From assembly GCA_016748015.1 (NCBI GenBank), contig JAAOMT010000295.1:248001-312000 (forward strand): 64,000 nucleotides of DNA, read 5' to 3'. The notes beneath the pieces are model-generated. The model did no database searches. It was not told the DNA's origin and saw only the letters and a list, made by a program, of their open reading frames with translations. The position numbers and the translations under genes were made by a program. Below are positions 13,611 through 24,206 of this stretch, piece after piece; positions within the stretch are counted from its first letter, which is position 1, and every line of letters starts with the position of its first letter. Source of the stretch: Geosiphon pyriformis uo1 (lineage: Eukaryota; Fungi; Glomeromycota).

Positions 13611-14288
13611 ATGTTAGCTTTAAAAACAATACCCGAATTATCCATTACTGTTACTGAAAACCACATTAATTATATCCAAACAGAAATAGTTACAAATTTA
13701 GCCCTAAATTCACGAAAATATCACCTATATAAAAAGAACACAAGAAGTTATTCTGGAATTTATCTGCCAGAACTTTTAAAGTTTGCTTTAAGAGAAAACT
13801 TAATGCTCACTTTTATTAGTATTCCACCAAATGCTACTATTCAACAAAAACTTCAACTGTGTCTTAATGAAGAAAACTACAACTATACTCTAATATATAG
13901 ATATTTCTACATTGAAAAAACACTTTATGAACAAAAATGGGAGCTTACAGCAGCAAATCTCACAAAAGAAGCTATTTGGAAACAACTCCACAACAAATTC
14001 AAGATAACAGCTGGACCTACAAACAATCATTATAAACTAAGAGCTGCTCTTAGACTTTATGACCTATTCTACACCTGTGAAAACGACCTACAAAACCCAA
14101 TTTTACAGCCTTTGAAGATTCAATACATTGGAAAGCTCACAGAACTGAAATTTCAACAATTTTTAGACCAAATTTCTTCAATAATTTTGGATTATTATCT
14201 GGAAATTACAAACAGTACTTGGATTTTGACAGTGCTTAGTCTTGAGAAGGAGGTTATGTTATCAGACAAAATTAGAAATATTGTTTAG
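13611..14288 (+). CDS. Extra (third) ORF of the Gypsy derivative, 225 aa, unknown function
   Basis: Uninterrupted ATG-initiated ORF between the integrase tail and the PPT/3' LTR. Its 5' end is repeated at 11669 in the first unit. Confidence 0.55.
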   Translation: MLALKTIPELSITVTENHINYIQTEIVTNLALNSRKYHLYKKNTRSYSGIYLPELLKFALRENLMLTFISIPPNATIQQKLQLCLNEENYNYTLIYRYFYIEKTLYEQKWELTAANLTKEAIWKQLHNKFKITAGPTNNHYKLRAALRLYDLFYTCENDLQNPILQPLKIQYIGKLTELKFQQFLDQISSIILDYYLEITNSTWILTVLSLEKEVMLSDKIRNIV

Positions 14289-16930
14289 CATGAAATTACT
14301 CTTATAAATCTTATCATTAATTAACATATATTATCATTTCAAATTATCATTTATTATATTAGCAAAATGTCCGAAATTATCATTTAATTAATAACTCAAT
14401 TTGTACATAACACAAATGTAACCTAAGTGCGATGATCAATCATACAATACCCTGAAATATGTAACATTCAAAAGTTCGCTGAAATTTGTAGAAATTTGCC
14501 AAAATAATTGATAGTTCACCAAAATATCTAATAGTTCACAGAAATAACTTGTAATTCACCAAAATGTATCTTTAGTTCAGCGAAATTGTAGAAAAGAGCA
14601 AAGTTCAAGTTTATAGAATAGTGTTATGACAAGTTGTATAAAAGAAAAGCTTTTCTCTTTGAAAAAATGTATCTTACTTTAGATTTATCACTTAGAACCA
14701 TTTCTACATACACAAAAAGAAATAAATATCAAATAAATTGAAAAACCAAATTCTTTAATTATTGCACTTGAAAAATCCCCAAAATCCAACTAACGTTTTG
14801 AAATTGATTAGCTACCAATTTCAGTAAACTGTTAGTGACTCCAGACCTGGATAGAAAACGTTTTTCTTGACAGAATTCTATTTTTTTTACATTTCTTTTA
14901 TTTTTTTTCTTTTATTTTCTTATTATAATCATTAAGGTAGCCTACAGACAAGATTCCTGTAGAAGAGTTGACTTTTACAGCAAAGTAACTACACATTTTT
15001 AGTGAGCTTTCAAACAAGCAATTCCTGGGAAAAAGTTGACATTTACTACAATATAACTACACAAAGCAACTGGCATGGAATTGGTCATTCCACTTATAAG
15101 CCCAGCAGTTCAAATTATCTCCTATAATTTGAAGATAAATTCAGTTATTGGAGGTTCAAACACTTTCCATAGTCATGAATTAATAGCATTACAATAAACA
15201 TACAAGAGCTAAGAAGAAACCAAAAAACCTCCAGTAACAACATCAACTTTTTCCCAGGAATTGCTTGTCTGAAAGCTTACTAAAAAATGTGTAGTTATTT
15301 TGCTATGAAAATCAACTCTTTTACAGGAATTTCATCTGTAAGCTACCTTAATGATTATAATAAGAAAAAAAAACAAAATAAAAAAAATGTAAAAAAATAG
15401 AATTTTGTCAAGAAAAACGTTTTTTATTCAGGCCTAAAGTTACTAACAGATTATTGAAATTGGTAGCTAATCAATTTCAAAATATTAGTTGTGTTAAGAA
15501 AATTTCAAGTAAAATAATTAAGAATTTGGTTTTCAAATATTTAATTTTTATTTGAAATATGTAAAAAATAATTTGTTTTAATTAAGATATTTAAAGTAAA
15601 ATACTATAGTAAGATATATTTTTTTGAAAAAAAAAGCTCTTCTTTTATACAATTTGTTATAGTACTAGTTTTTGAACTTGCACTTTTCTCTTTGCTCTAA
15701 TTTCAGCAAACTAAAGATACATTTTGGTAAACTACAAGTTATTTCTACAAACTATTGATTATTTCGGCCAATTTCTGTTAATTTCGACGAATTTTTGAAT
15801 ATTAAATGGTTCAGGGTATTATGTAATTTAATTATCTTAATTTCTATGATACAAATCAGATTATTAATTAAATAATAATATTGGATAATTTGATTAAATA
15901 ATAAGTAATAATTGAAATGATAATAATATATACTAATTAATAATAAAAATTATGAAGGTAATTTCATGCTAATTAATAGCTAAAATTCTACTGGTAACAA
16001 CAGCAATTCAAATATGGATTTGATAATTCAGATATTCAAAATCAGAAGGCTGTTGTTTAAAGATTGTTAAATATAAAAGCTGATTGATATTATTGTTTTT
16101 TTTTAAAATTGTTTTTAAAATAAGGTTGATCAAAGAAATAAGTTATATAAGCCATATAAGTTTTAGCTAAAAGCTCATTCAAAAATCAGTTCCAAAAGTT
16201 TTGGAATTGTTTATTAAATTGTTTTTCAATAAAAAAGCAAATTAAACAAAAAAGCAAAAAATTGAATACAATAAAATCTAGATTGTTTATGTTATATGTT
16301 ACAAAGTATTTTTTTGATTGTTGTAACAAATATAAATAATCACTTATATAATAAAAAGCAAATAAAATTTGAAAATTTTTTAAAAAGCACTATTTTTATA
16401 TTACAGGTTAAAATAACAAACTAAAAAATAGCAAAAAAAAACAGAATTTTAAAATAATAAAATTAATCAAAGGGAATTTAACTTTAAGAAATAAATTGAA
16501 TGAATATGAATTTAATATATAAGATCAGTTTCATAAAATATCTTAGTCACTAATCTTTTTAAAAGGTAACTAAAGAATTTAAAAATAGAGAAATAATCCA
16601 TACTGTTAATAAATGATAATATACTAATATAATTTTATATTTTATGTTAGCAATCTTAAAATTCAATATCAAGTAACAAATGTATTCTTTAGTTATGTTT
16701 TATTTAATAATTTTTAAATATTATAATTATACAGATTAAAAAAAATAAGTAAATACCAATAAGTAATTTTTTATCTTAAAATATTTAGATATTTAAAGAT
16801 AAAAAATAAGAAAATAAGTAATATAAAAAAAATTAAGATAATAATTGTTATTTTATTTATTTTTAATTATTAATACATATTTTTTTATAGTTAAGGACTT
16901 ATTGTTTATATAGCTATTAATAATTAAATC

Positions 16931-16990
16931 ATTAATCAGATCAATAATCAGATTAATAATCAAGTTAATAATAAAATCAATAATTAGGTT
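16931..16990 (+). repeat. Degenerate 12-bp tandem repeat, 5 copies (AATAATCAGATY-like)
   Basis: attaatcagatc aataatcagatt aataatcaagtt aataataaaatc aataattaggtt. Confidence 0.7.
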
Positions 16991-18749
16991 AATAATTATT
17001 ATCTAAAAATAAAATGGCTAATTATATAATATTAGTGGCTAATATATATGATAACTAATAAAAACTATAGGTTTTAACTATAACAATATTTATGCAATTA
17101 ATCAATTTTAAGCAATTTGTTTAATTTATAAAACATAAAAAAATGTTTTAAATAAAATAATTGCTTATTGCTGGTACAAAGTTGGTATTTTTTTAATTAA
17201 TACAAATGACAACTTTCAGAATAAAACTACAAACTTAGAAACAACAACTAATTATAATCAAAAAATAGTATTAAAAAAGATTAAAAATTGTTATAAAAAG
17301 TTCAATTGTATATAGCTAAATTATACATACTTAGTAATTAAAAAATTGGTAAATTTATCTAAAAAAAACAATATAATTACTTTAGAACATTTAAATAATA
17401 ATAAGATTACAAATTATATTATAAAAAATTATAAATAAAACATAATAGCTTTAATAAAAAACAAAAGATACAAAAAATAATAAGTATTAAGAATATATTA
17501 ACTGCTATTACAAATCTTAAACAGTTTATAAAGCTTAAAAATAGCAAAAAATTTTATAATGTAGTTAGTAAACTTACTTATATTAAATTTATATTTTATA
17601 AAAAAATACAAATAATTCTTATAAGTTTCTTTAATATTACATAAACTATTTAAAAAATTTTATAAGAATATGCAAATAAATTTATTTTTAATAATATTAT
17701 ATCTATTTTTAATATATATACTTAAAATTAAAAAAACTTATAATCTGTAATAATTTATATTAATTTGTATTTATTAAGAATATGAGTTATTTTAAGTTTA
17801 ATTGTAATCATAAATTATCTTAAAAATAATTTTTAAACATAAAAATTCATATAAAAAACTTAAATAGTAACAAAACAATAATATACATAAAAAAAATATT
17901 ATTAATATAATTTAATAATTATTTAAGAACTTAAAATAATTTAATTCAGATTTAAAAATTATAATTAATAATTTCAAAATAATATATATAAAACATTAAA
18001 AAATCCAAAATAAAAAAACATAGTTTTAATTTATATATAAATAATTTCAAAAATAATAACAAGTTTATTAACAAAACTATTAAAAAATTAAAAATATTAT
18101 TGAACAATAGATTAATAAAAAAACATATTAAAATTATTATTAATTATATTTAAAAACCTAAAAACAAAATTTTTGATTAATTATTATTACTATTAACTTA
18201 AAAAACAGTTAAATATATAATATTATACTTTAATTAAAATAATTAAAAAAACTATTATATCATAATTTAAAAACTTCGCAAAAAAACTGAAAACTGCCAC
18301 AAAATATTATAATGTATTTAATCAACTTATAATTTCAAAAATTTTAATAACATATTAATAATATAGTATTAAATTATTAAAAATAAATATTTTAATAATA
18401 TATTATTAATTTTAAATATTAAATACAACTTATTTAATATCTAATTTTTGTGATTAAATATAAATAATAAACAATTATAATTAAAACTTGAAAAATTAAT
18501 ATTAATATAATTTTATAATTTAAATAAAAACAATAAAAACTTAAATATTTACTTTATTTTTTTGTTATATTATTAAATATATATATATATATTTTGAATT
18601 TTTTGAATAATTACAATAAAAACAAAAATATTTAAATAAATTTATATTTTTTATATTAATATTTTTATTAATAAAACTTATTTCAATTTTTTTATTATTT
18701 ACTATTTGAATAATAATATTATATTATTAACAAAAAAACTAAAAAAAAA

Positions 18750-19655
18750 ACTTTTTATTAAATAAATTAAAAGCAAAAAACATTTTGGTAATGTAAAAAA
18801 ATTTGTTAATTTGTTAATAAAGTTTGTCTATTAATATTAAAAAAAGTTATATTATAGTTAAAAATACTGTTTTATTTAAAAATACATGTTATTTTGTTAA
18901 AAACTTTATAATTTTGTAAATTGACTTATTGAAAAACCAAAATATGTTAATGTTTTTATGACTAAAAATTTGATTAAGTTTGCATTATTTTGGTCTAATA
19001 TTTTGATAGCACTATTAAACTAAATTTATCAAGCATGTACATAAAGAAAAAAAGATTTTATAACCCTAATTATTCGAGTTTGCTTTGTTTAAAATGTAAG
19101 AATGTAGAAACTTCAAATTATTTGTTTTTTTGTTTCAAAATTAAGAATGGTATCTGAAAAATATGTTAAGGTTTAGGGTTCTAACTCTGCAATTCTGCAA
19201 ACACTGGTTGAAGTATGAGGTGTTAAGAGTAGTTGCCAAGGTTTTGTCTTCAATGATTGGTTTTTTAAATCTCTGGATAGATTTGGACAGATTAATGTTG
19301 TCACTTGGAATATTGTTGATCTTGTATGTGGCACACAGGAATTTTATTTGACTGCCAAATTCTAAGCTTTGGGTAGAGTGCAAGAGAGGTATGATTAATG
19401 ATGTTGCTTTTGTGGTCTGAAGTTAGAGGTTCGGTTTCTCTACTGGATGATATGCATTTCTGCGATGTCGGTTGCTCTGAATTTTGGTTTTCTCAAGAGT
19501 TTGGCCATGGTCTCGGATTTGTTCTTTGATATGTTGAGACCGTTTGGTCTCACGGGTGTAGCTGGCTCGGGTGGCTGATCACGTATGGTTAAGCTTATTT
19601 TTTCCTGGTTTACAATGTGGTTGGGTCACGCTCGTCAATGCATAATAATAAAAAA
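18750..19655 (+). mobile_element. 3' end of a second LINE (possible RNase H end, Cys finger, 3' UTR, TAA tail)
   Basis: Reads YNPNYSSLLCLKCKNVETSNYLFFC at ~19059-19133, parallel to YNKYYPSVLCLYYGNVKVFDHVFFC in the first LINE; HRNFI*LP ~19336; tail cataataataaaaaa at 19641. The 5' extent is lost in AT-rich decay. Confidence 0.7.
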
Positions 19656-19946
19656 TTATTTGAATATAATTTAAAATTTATCTTGTTTTAGTTAAAAACT
19701 ACACTGAAGGCTAAATATAAACTTGCTTAACAACTTCGTCTCTGATCTTTAAGTTTTGTTCACAACAGTTCACGTATTAAAAATACGACCCATAGAAAAT
19801 TTACGATAGATCAATTTACAGGTTCCTTTGATGATGCTTATAGGGCTTCTAGTCTCAAAAAAAACAATGAATATAACCTCATTCCACTTTTCATTAATTG
19901 GAGCTAAAGCCACACTCATTCAAGATGCTATTTAGCTCTGATCTTT

Positions 19947-20584
19947 TCAAAAACTGTTAGGACGTGAAACAGCATAGATCTTATCGTTGAAAACGGTAAA
20001 CCCATAGTTGTATTCATGAAAAGTGACTAATATAGAACGTAAGAGGAAGTAACGGGTAAAAAAGTCGTAAATATTATGTCCAAGATATTTCGGGAAATTA
20101 ATAGAAAGTTATCAGCACAAACCTGTCACTTTTTTAGGGATCAATTCTGGCTCTTCCCCTCCCTCTGAACTCTTCTCTCCAATAATAGTCTCACTAGCTG
20201 TGCCACCACTTTTGGAGTTTGTTCCTCTTTTATTATTCGGAGCTTCCATTTGTTTCTCTAAAAAGAGATTCACATTCTGGAACAGTTTCTGAGCAATGGT
20301 TGCATGGCGTAAAGTGATATTTTCGGTCGACTATCATGTTTATAAGAAATTAAGGAAAACCGGTACTTTTTTCTGTGATGAACCCAATCAAAAAGATAAG
20401 GCTTAAATATTCTATACGTCTACAAGAGACCCATCTTCCATGTTGACGGTGAATGAGGCAATATGTTTTGGGAGTTGTGATAAAGCTGTAAAGTATTCGT
20501 CATGGGAGGCCTAATTTTTCTCAAATTATAAGATCTTTGTCAGAAGAATGAAGAGGAATTGTGTGAATTCAAAGTAATTACCAT
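19947..20584 (-). CDS. LAMTOR4: Ragulator subunit LAMTOR4-like roadblock protein (4 exons, ~127 aa; absent from the ORF track)
   Basis: GT-AG splicing gives M|ASHDEYFTALSQLPKHIASFTVNMEDGSLVD|STENITLRHATIAQKLFQNV...PKKVT|VTFHEYNYGFTVFNDKIYAVSRPNSF*. This matches the LAMTOR4 pattern (LERIPDQLGYLVL.EG.VLASS ... [30 protein letters not shown]). Confidence 0.72.
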
Positions 20585-20662
20585 CTTCGAGGATTCAATT
20601 GGAGAAAAGAATGGGTGAAAAGTCAAACAGTTCGTTTAATCTATAGCAATCGTTGGAATTTA

Positions 20663-20748
20663 CACGTGACTCGTTAGTCTTATCGGAATCTGATAAATCA
20701 ATAAAACGAATCTAGTAACGCGTCTAAAAGCTAACAATAAACGCGAAA
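20663..20748. promoter_or_regulatory. Candidate cis elements in the LAMTOR4/NUF2 divergent promoter: E-box CACGTGAC, MCB ACGCGT, MCB/SCB-like ACGCGAAA
   Basis: CACGTG at 20663-20668, ACGCGT at 20718-20723, ACGCGAAA at 20741-20748, all within the 271-nt intergenic region. Confidence 0.4.
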
Positions 20749-20855
20749 AGCTTCCGTTTATATGCTAATATATATATATCATTAGGAAATAACCTTTAAG
20801 GGAAAATTCCGAATTTTCACTCCATAAATATCTTTTTTCAATTCACTTGCGGACC

Positions 20856-22849
20856 ATGGAAAAGTACGGATTCCCACTATTACAATTGCAGGAAATTCAA
20901 AATATCCTTGCCGAAATGGGTCACCCCATGAACCAAGAAGATTTGACAACCAAGCTTAGTTCGACCCGACTTCAGCCTATATTTGAATTCTTTTTACAAA
21001 CGTGCATGGGCTTAAGTAGAGACAACTATTTACCCACCCACTTGAATAACAAACAAATGTCTAACATGGTCGGATATCTTTTGTTGCCAATCCTTACTGA
21101 TAAGCATATGTTCTTAATTTTTTAATATTTATGGATAGGAAACTCAAATGGAGACGGTTCATTTGTTGGGTTTTTTATATAAGTTGTATGAGTCACCGCT
21201 CCCTACATTTTGATTTGCGATTTGAGTATCTGGTTAAATGTCTAAATTAAAATTGACTTCAAATAGGAGAACTCTGGCACATTTAGCAGGAATCACAGAT
21301 TTTACAATTCGTGATTACATCAAACCAGAGCCTGGGCGTATTCGAAAAGTTCTTAGTGGTGTGATCAACTTTGCGAAATTCAACCAGGACAGACAACATA
21401 TATATGAAAAGTTAGATGATGAATCGGTATGTGTGGCCCATTTTAAATTAACTATAGAAAATTTTTGTTTTTAAGCCTCACCATTGCATTAAGCGCAGGC
21501 TCACTTGGAGGAAGAAAGGGAAACCTTAAGAAGGCAGCAAAATGAACTTTTGCAACACGTAAATGCTCTCAAGTAAGATATCATTCGACGTCTTAGGCTC
21601 TAGAGTATTTTCATATCTTATGATTAAAATGCGGTTTAGATTGCAACGAAAAGAGCAAGAACCTGAGATAAAGAGCTTAAAAGAAGCTAATGACACTTTA
21701 GGTATGGATTTGAGGGATTTAAAGAAGAAAAATAACCCTTTGGTCACCGAAATCGAAAATCTCAAGAAAAGAAAAGAGGATATCACTCTGAAAATTGTAA
21801 TTAGAAATTTAAGCTTTTCTCCTTTAATCTTTTAGTCAAATGGATTTTCGGTATTTCGCACATGAATTATGATTTATCCTCTTTTCTTCTTCATAGTCAA
21901 ATAATTCTTATGCTACTGTGAATTTACGTCAAGAGATACAGCAGCTTAAAATCCGTGTGGTTCCGCAGGACCCTGAAAAACTGAAATTGGTTTGCAAAAA
22001 AAGTTAATATAAGCACATGATTGGAAGGAAGAAAACCTAAATAAATTATAGTCTATTAATAGTCGATCGAGCAGTTGAATGATGCTCTAAGAAAAGAACA
22101 GGAAGCAGTGACATCTAATGAAAGAAAAATCAAGGAAATCAGACGAAAAATCGAAATCGGCAAAGCTTTACATGAGGTCGGTCCTTTTGGATTTATGTTC
22201 AAAATACACTAAATAGAATTTTGAGCCTAATATTTTTTAAAAAGAAAATAAAACCTTGTGTCAAAAGCATCGAGGAGGCAGAAAATGAAATCAATAAATG
22301 TGAAAACGAGGAACAGTGTGTTCGAGAACTCCGTCAAAGTCTAGAGTCGAAAGAACTTGAGCAATCAAATTTACAAGCCGATTTGGAGGTAAATCTTATG
22401 TATTTATTTGCCTTTAGTATTGATTTCATATTTTCTCAAGTGTGCATTTTTTTTAGAGGTTAAAAAAGATTGAAGGGAACCATCGTGAAAAGCTTGAACA
22501 AATTTTAGCGCAAGCGCAGATCAGGTCGGAAGAGTTGGAGAAACAATGGCTTCAGTCAGAAAATGCTTATAAAAAAATGAAGCAAGACGATAGTAAAAAT
22601 GAGGAGCAGATCTTATCCGAACAAAAATATATAGAAGAGCTAGAACGCAAGGTATCATCAGGTCCTTTTATTTACAATCATATTATCCTTCACTTATATA
22701 TCTACGAAAATAAGATGGCCTCGATGCGAGACATCATTGAAAAAAATCGCACAGAGATGACAACTCGATTCATTAACTTTAAGAACCTAGCCGAGGCTCG
22801 TCTCCAAGAACTACAACAAATAATGGAAGATCCAAAATATAGATTATAG
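20856..22849 (+). CDS. NUF2: Kinetochore Ndc80-complex subunit Nuf2 (multi-exon)
   Basis: MEKYGFPLLQLQEI.. N-terminus; TDFTIRDYIKPEPGRIRKVLSGVINFAKF (Nuf2 CH-domain signature); long coiled-coil exons; GT-AG introns. Confidence 0.88.
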
Positions 22850-24206
22850 AGGTGAAAATTTTTACCGGTAATATACAGTATTTTCTTTTTCTTTTTCTAG
22901 TACCACTTTGATTGACCTAAAAATTCGGGATAAACTGGCGTTTTAACAAGTATTGAGTGATTCAACTATATAACAGGTTTTTATTAAGCTCGAATCAGAT
23001 TAGATGGATCGGATAAGATAAATTGCGCTTTCTCCATATCTAAATTGGGAAATTTTCCAAAAAGGAAGTTGATATTTTTTTATGGTCTAAATATGCCTTT
23101 GGAGTAATATAGACATTTCTGATATCACCCATTTAATCCGAGTTTGGAGCTTACTAAAAGATGAAAAGAGGCAGGGTTCAAATTCAAACTCGAGTTGTTT
23201 TTTTTTGACAAAGGGAGACTTCAAACTAAAAGAAACGGCTCCAATCAATTATCGTCATTTGAATATTTTAAAGCAAAAGCACAAGATATCAAAAGTTGAG
23301 ATTTCGGCTTTTAACTATAAATTCCTTTTGATAGTATTTTTTTTTAAAGCAAGATTATCATATCAAGTTTCGTATTCGGCACCAATATTCACACTTCAAA
23401 GAATATTGGAAATTCATTATCTCGGTTTAGTAGAACAAATTTTAGCTTCGAAAAGTGTTACTTTGATGACAACTGGCTGGGCAAACAACTCTGTGCTGGC
23501 GTCCATGTGATGACAAGTGGGGTAACGCGAAAAGCCTAGTTTAGGAATTAAGAGAATCAAAATTTTGATATTCTTTGGCGGATAAGATTAAAGATGTGCT
23601 GGATATAAATGAAAAAATCTTTGGGGGAGATCATTAACATGATGATGACGCTCGAGTTTTTTCAATAAGATAAGATTGCCTTTCGAAGGGATGGTGAATG
23701 GTTTCTTACTGGTTATGAATAACGCCAACTCCAAATATATTCCTGGTGCCCAGAAATCAAGAAAATAGTTAGCTGCAAGGATTTGCATCAGACTGACGCA
23801 AAGTCAATCTTTAAATTAGAAGTTATTTTTGATTTATATAATTTTTCTTAGCGGGTAAGCCATCGTTTATCTTTTAACTTATTTGTACGCGTTATTGGAT
23901 TTCGTGAAACCTTCTTTTCGAAGAAAAATATAAAAATTTCATCACTCCTGCATATATAAACTTTCTTGCCGTGAGACTCCAATTCTCAAGCTAATAAATT
24001 TTTAGAATTGTTAATATTACTTAAAAAGTGCTTGATCATTATTCAAAAGAGGTGGTGTTCTGGGTTATTAGCTGTAAAAGTAGAAGGTATAAGGGGATAC
24101 TCTGGGCGTTTAAACCGTCGATTAGAGTCGCGTCTTTTTTCTTCCACCTGGTCGAAGTTCGTCTATTGTAGAATTGAAGCGTTAACTTTATTCAAAAAAT
24201 CGCAAA

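Larger units (their letters stand above)
9881..15239 (+). mobile_element. Non-autonomous Gypsy derivative in tandem LTR-internal-LTR-internal-LTR form
   Basis: 983-nt LTRs at 9881-10863 and 14257-15239 plus a partial middle LTR at 12603-13002. Terminal inverted repeat TGTTACCAGA...TCTGGTAACA. PBS-like TGGTGCTC at 10866 and 13005. PPT gagaaggagg at 14244-14253. 4-bp TSD ACAT at 9877-9880 and 15240-15243. The internal part is a gag N-terminus fused to an integrase C-terminus (FKIGNKVFL..KQWS.KFENK*DEPFFIHEVLGNGSYKL). Confidence 0.92.
9681..15999 (-). mobile_element. Family-A solo LTR (~956 nt: 9681-9880 plus 15244-15999), split by a younger element
   Basis: Minus strand starts tgttaccag at 15999 and ends cctctagtaata at 9681. 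Homologous to the LTRs at 9881 and 14257. Flanks GCAA/ACAG fit a mutated 4-bp TSD. Confidence 0.85.
6330..16230 (-). mobile_element. Outer degenerate Ty3/Gypsy element (gag, zinc knuckle, protease, RT), interrupted at 9681-15999
   Basis: Minus strand: gag-like 9490-8770; CCHC knuckle CYYCGLT.HFSRNC ~8640-8690; protease LILDS ~7985; RT motifs FWQVEI, AFIIKYNTYEFTVMFFDLTNA (6720-6820), FVYLNDIIVY ~6640 and GLAFYY*KFVKNFIKIA ~6380. The reading frame continues across the insertion (IWIA-AYQ). Confidence 0.85.

Noticed and set aside
19060-19070. TAACCCTAA telomere/telomerase-template-like word
   Set aside because: Single copy, and it is part of the LINE codons for YNPN.
22900-24200. Possible ncRNA (RTGATGA boxes at ~23507 and ~23640, small hairpins) and short ORFs at 23205 and 23588
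   Set aside because: No convincing C/D box pairing with a terminal stem, no recognisable snRNA, RNase P/MRP or SRP motifs, and the ORFs lack homology cues.
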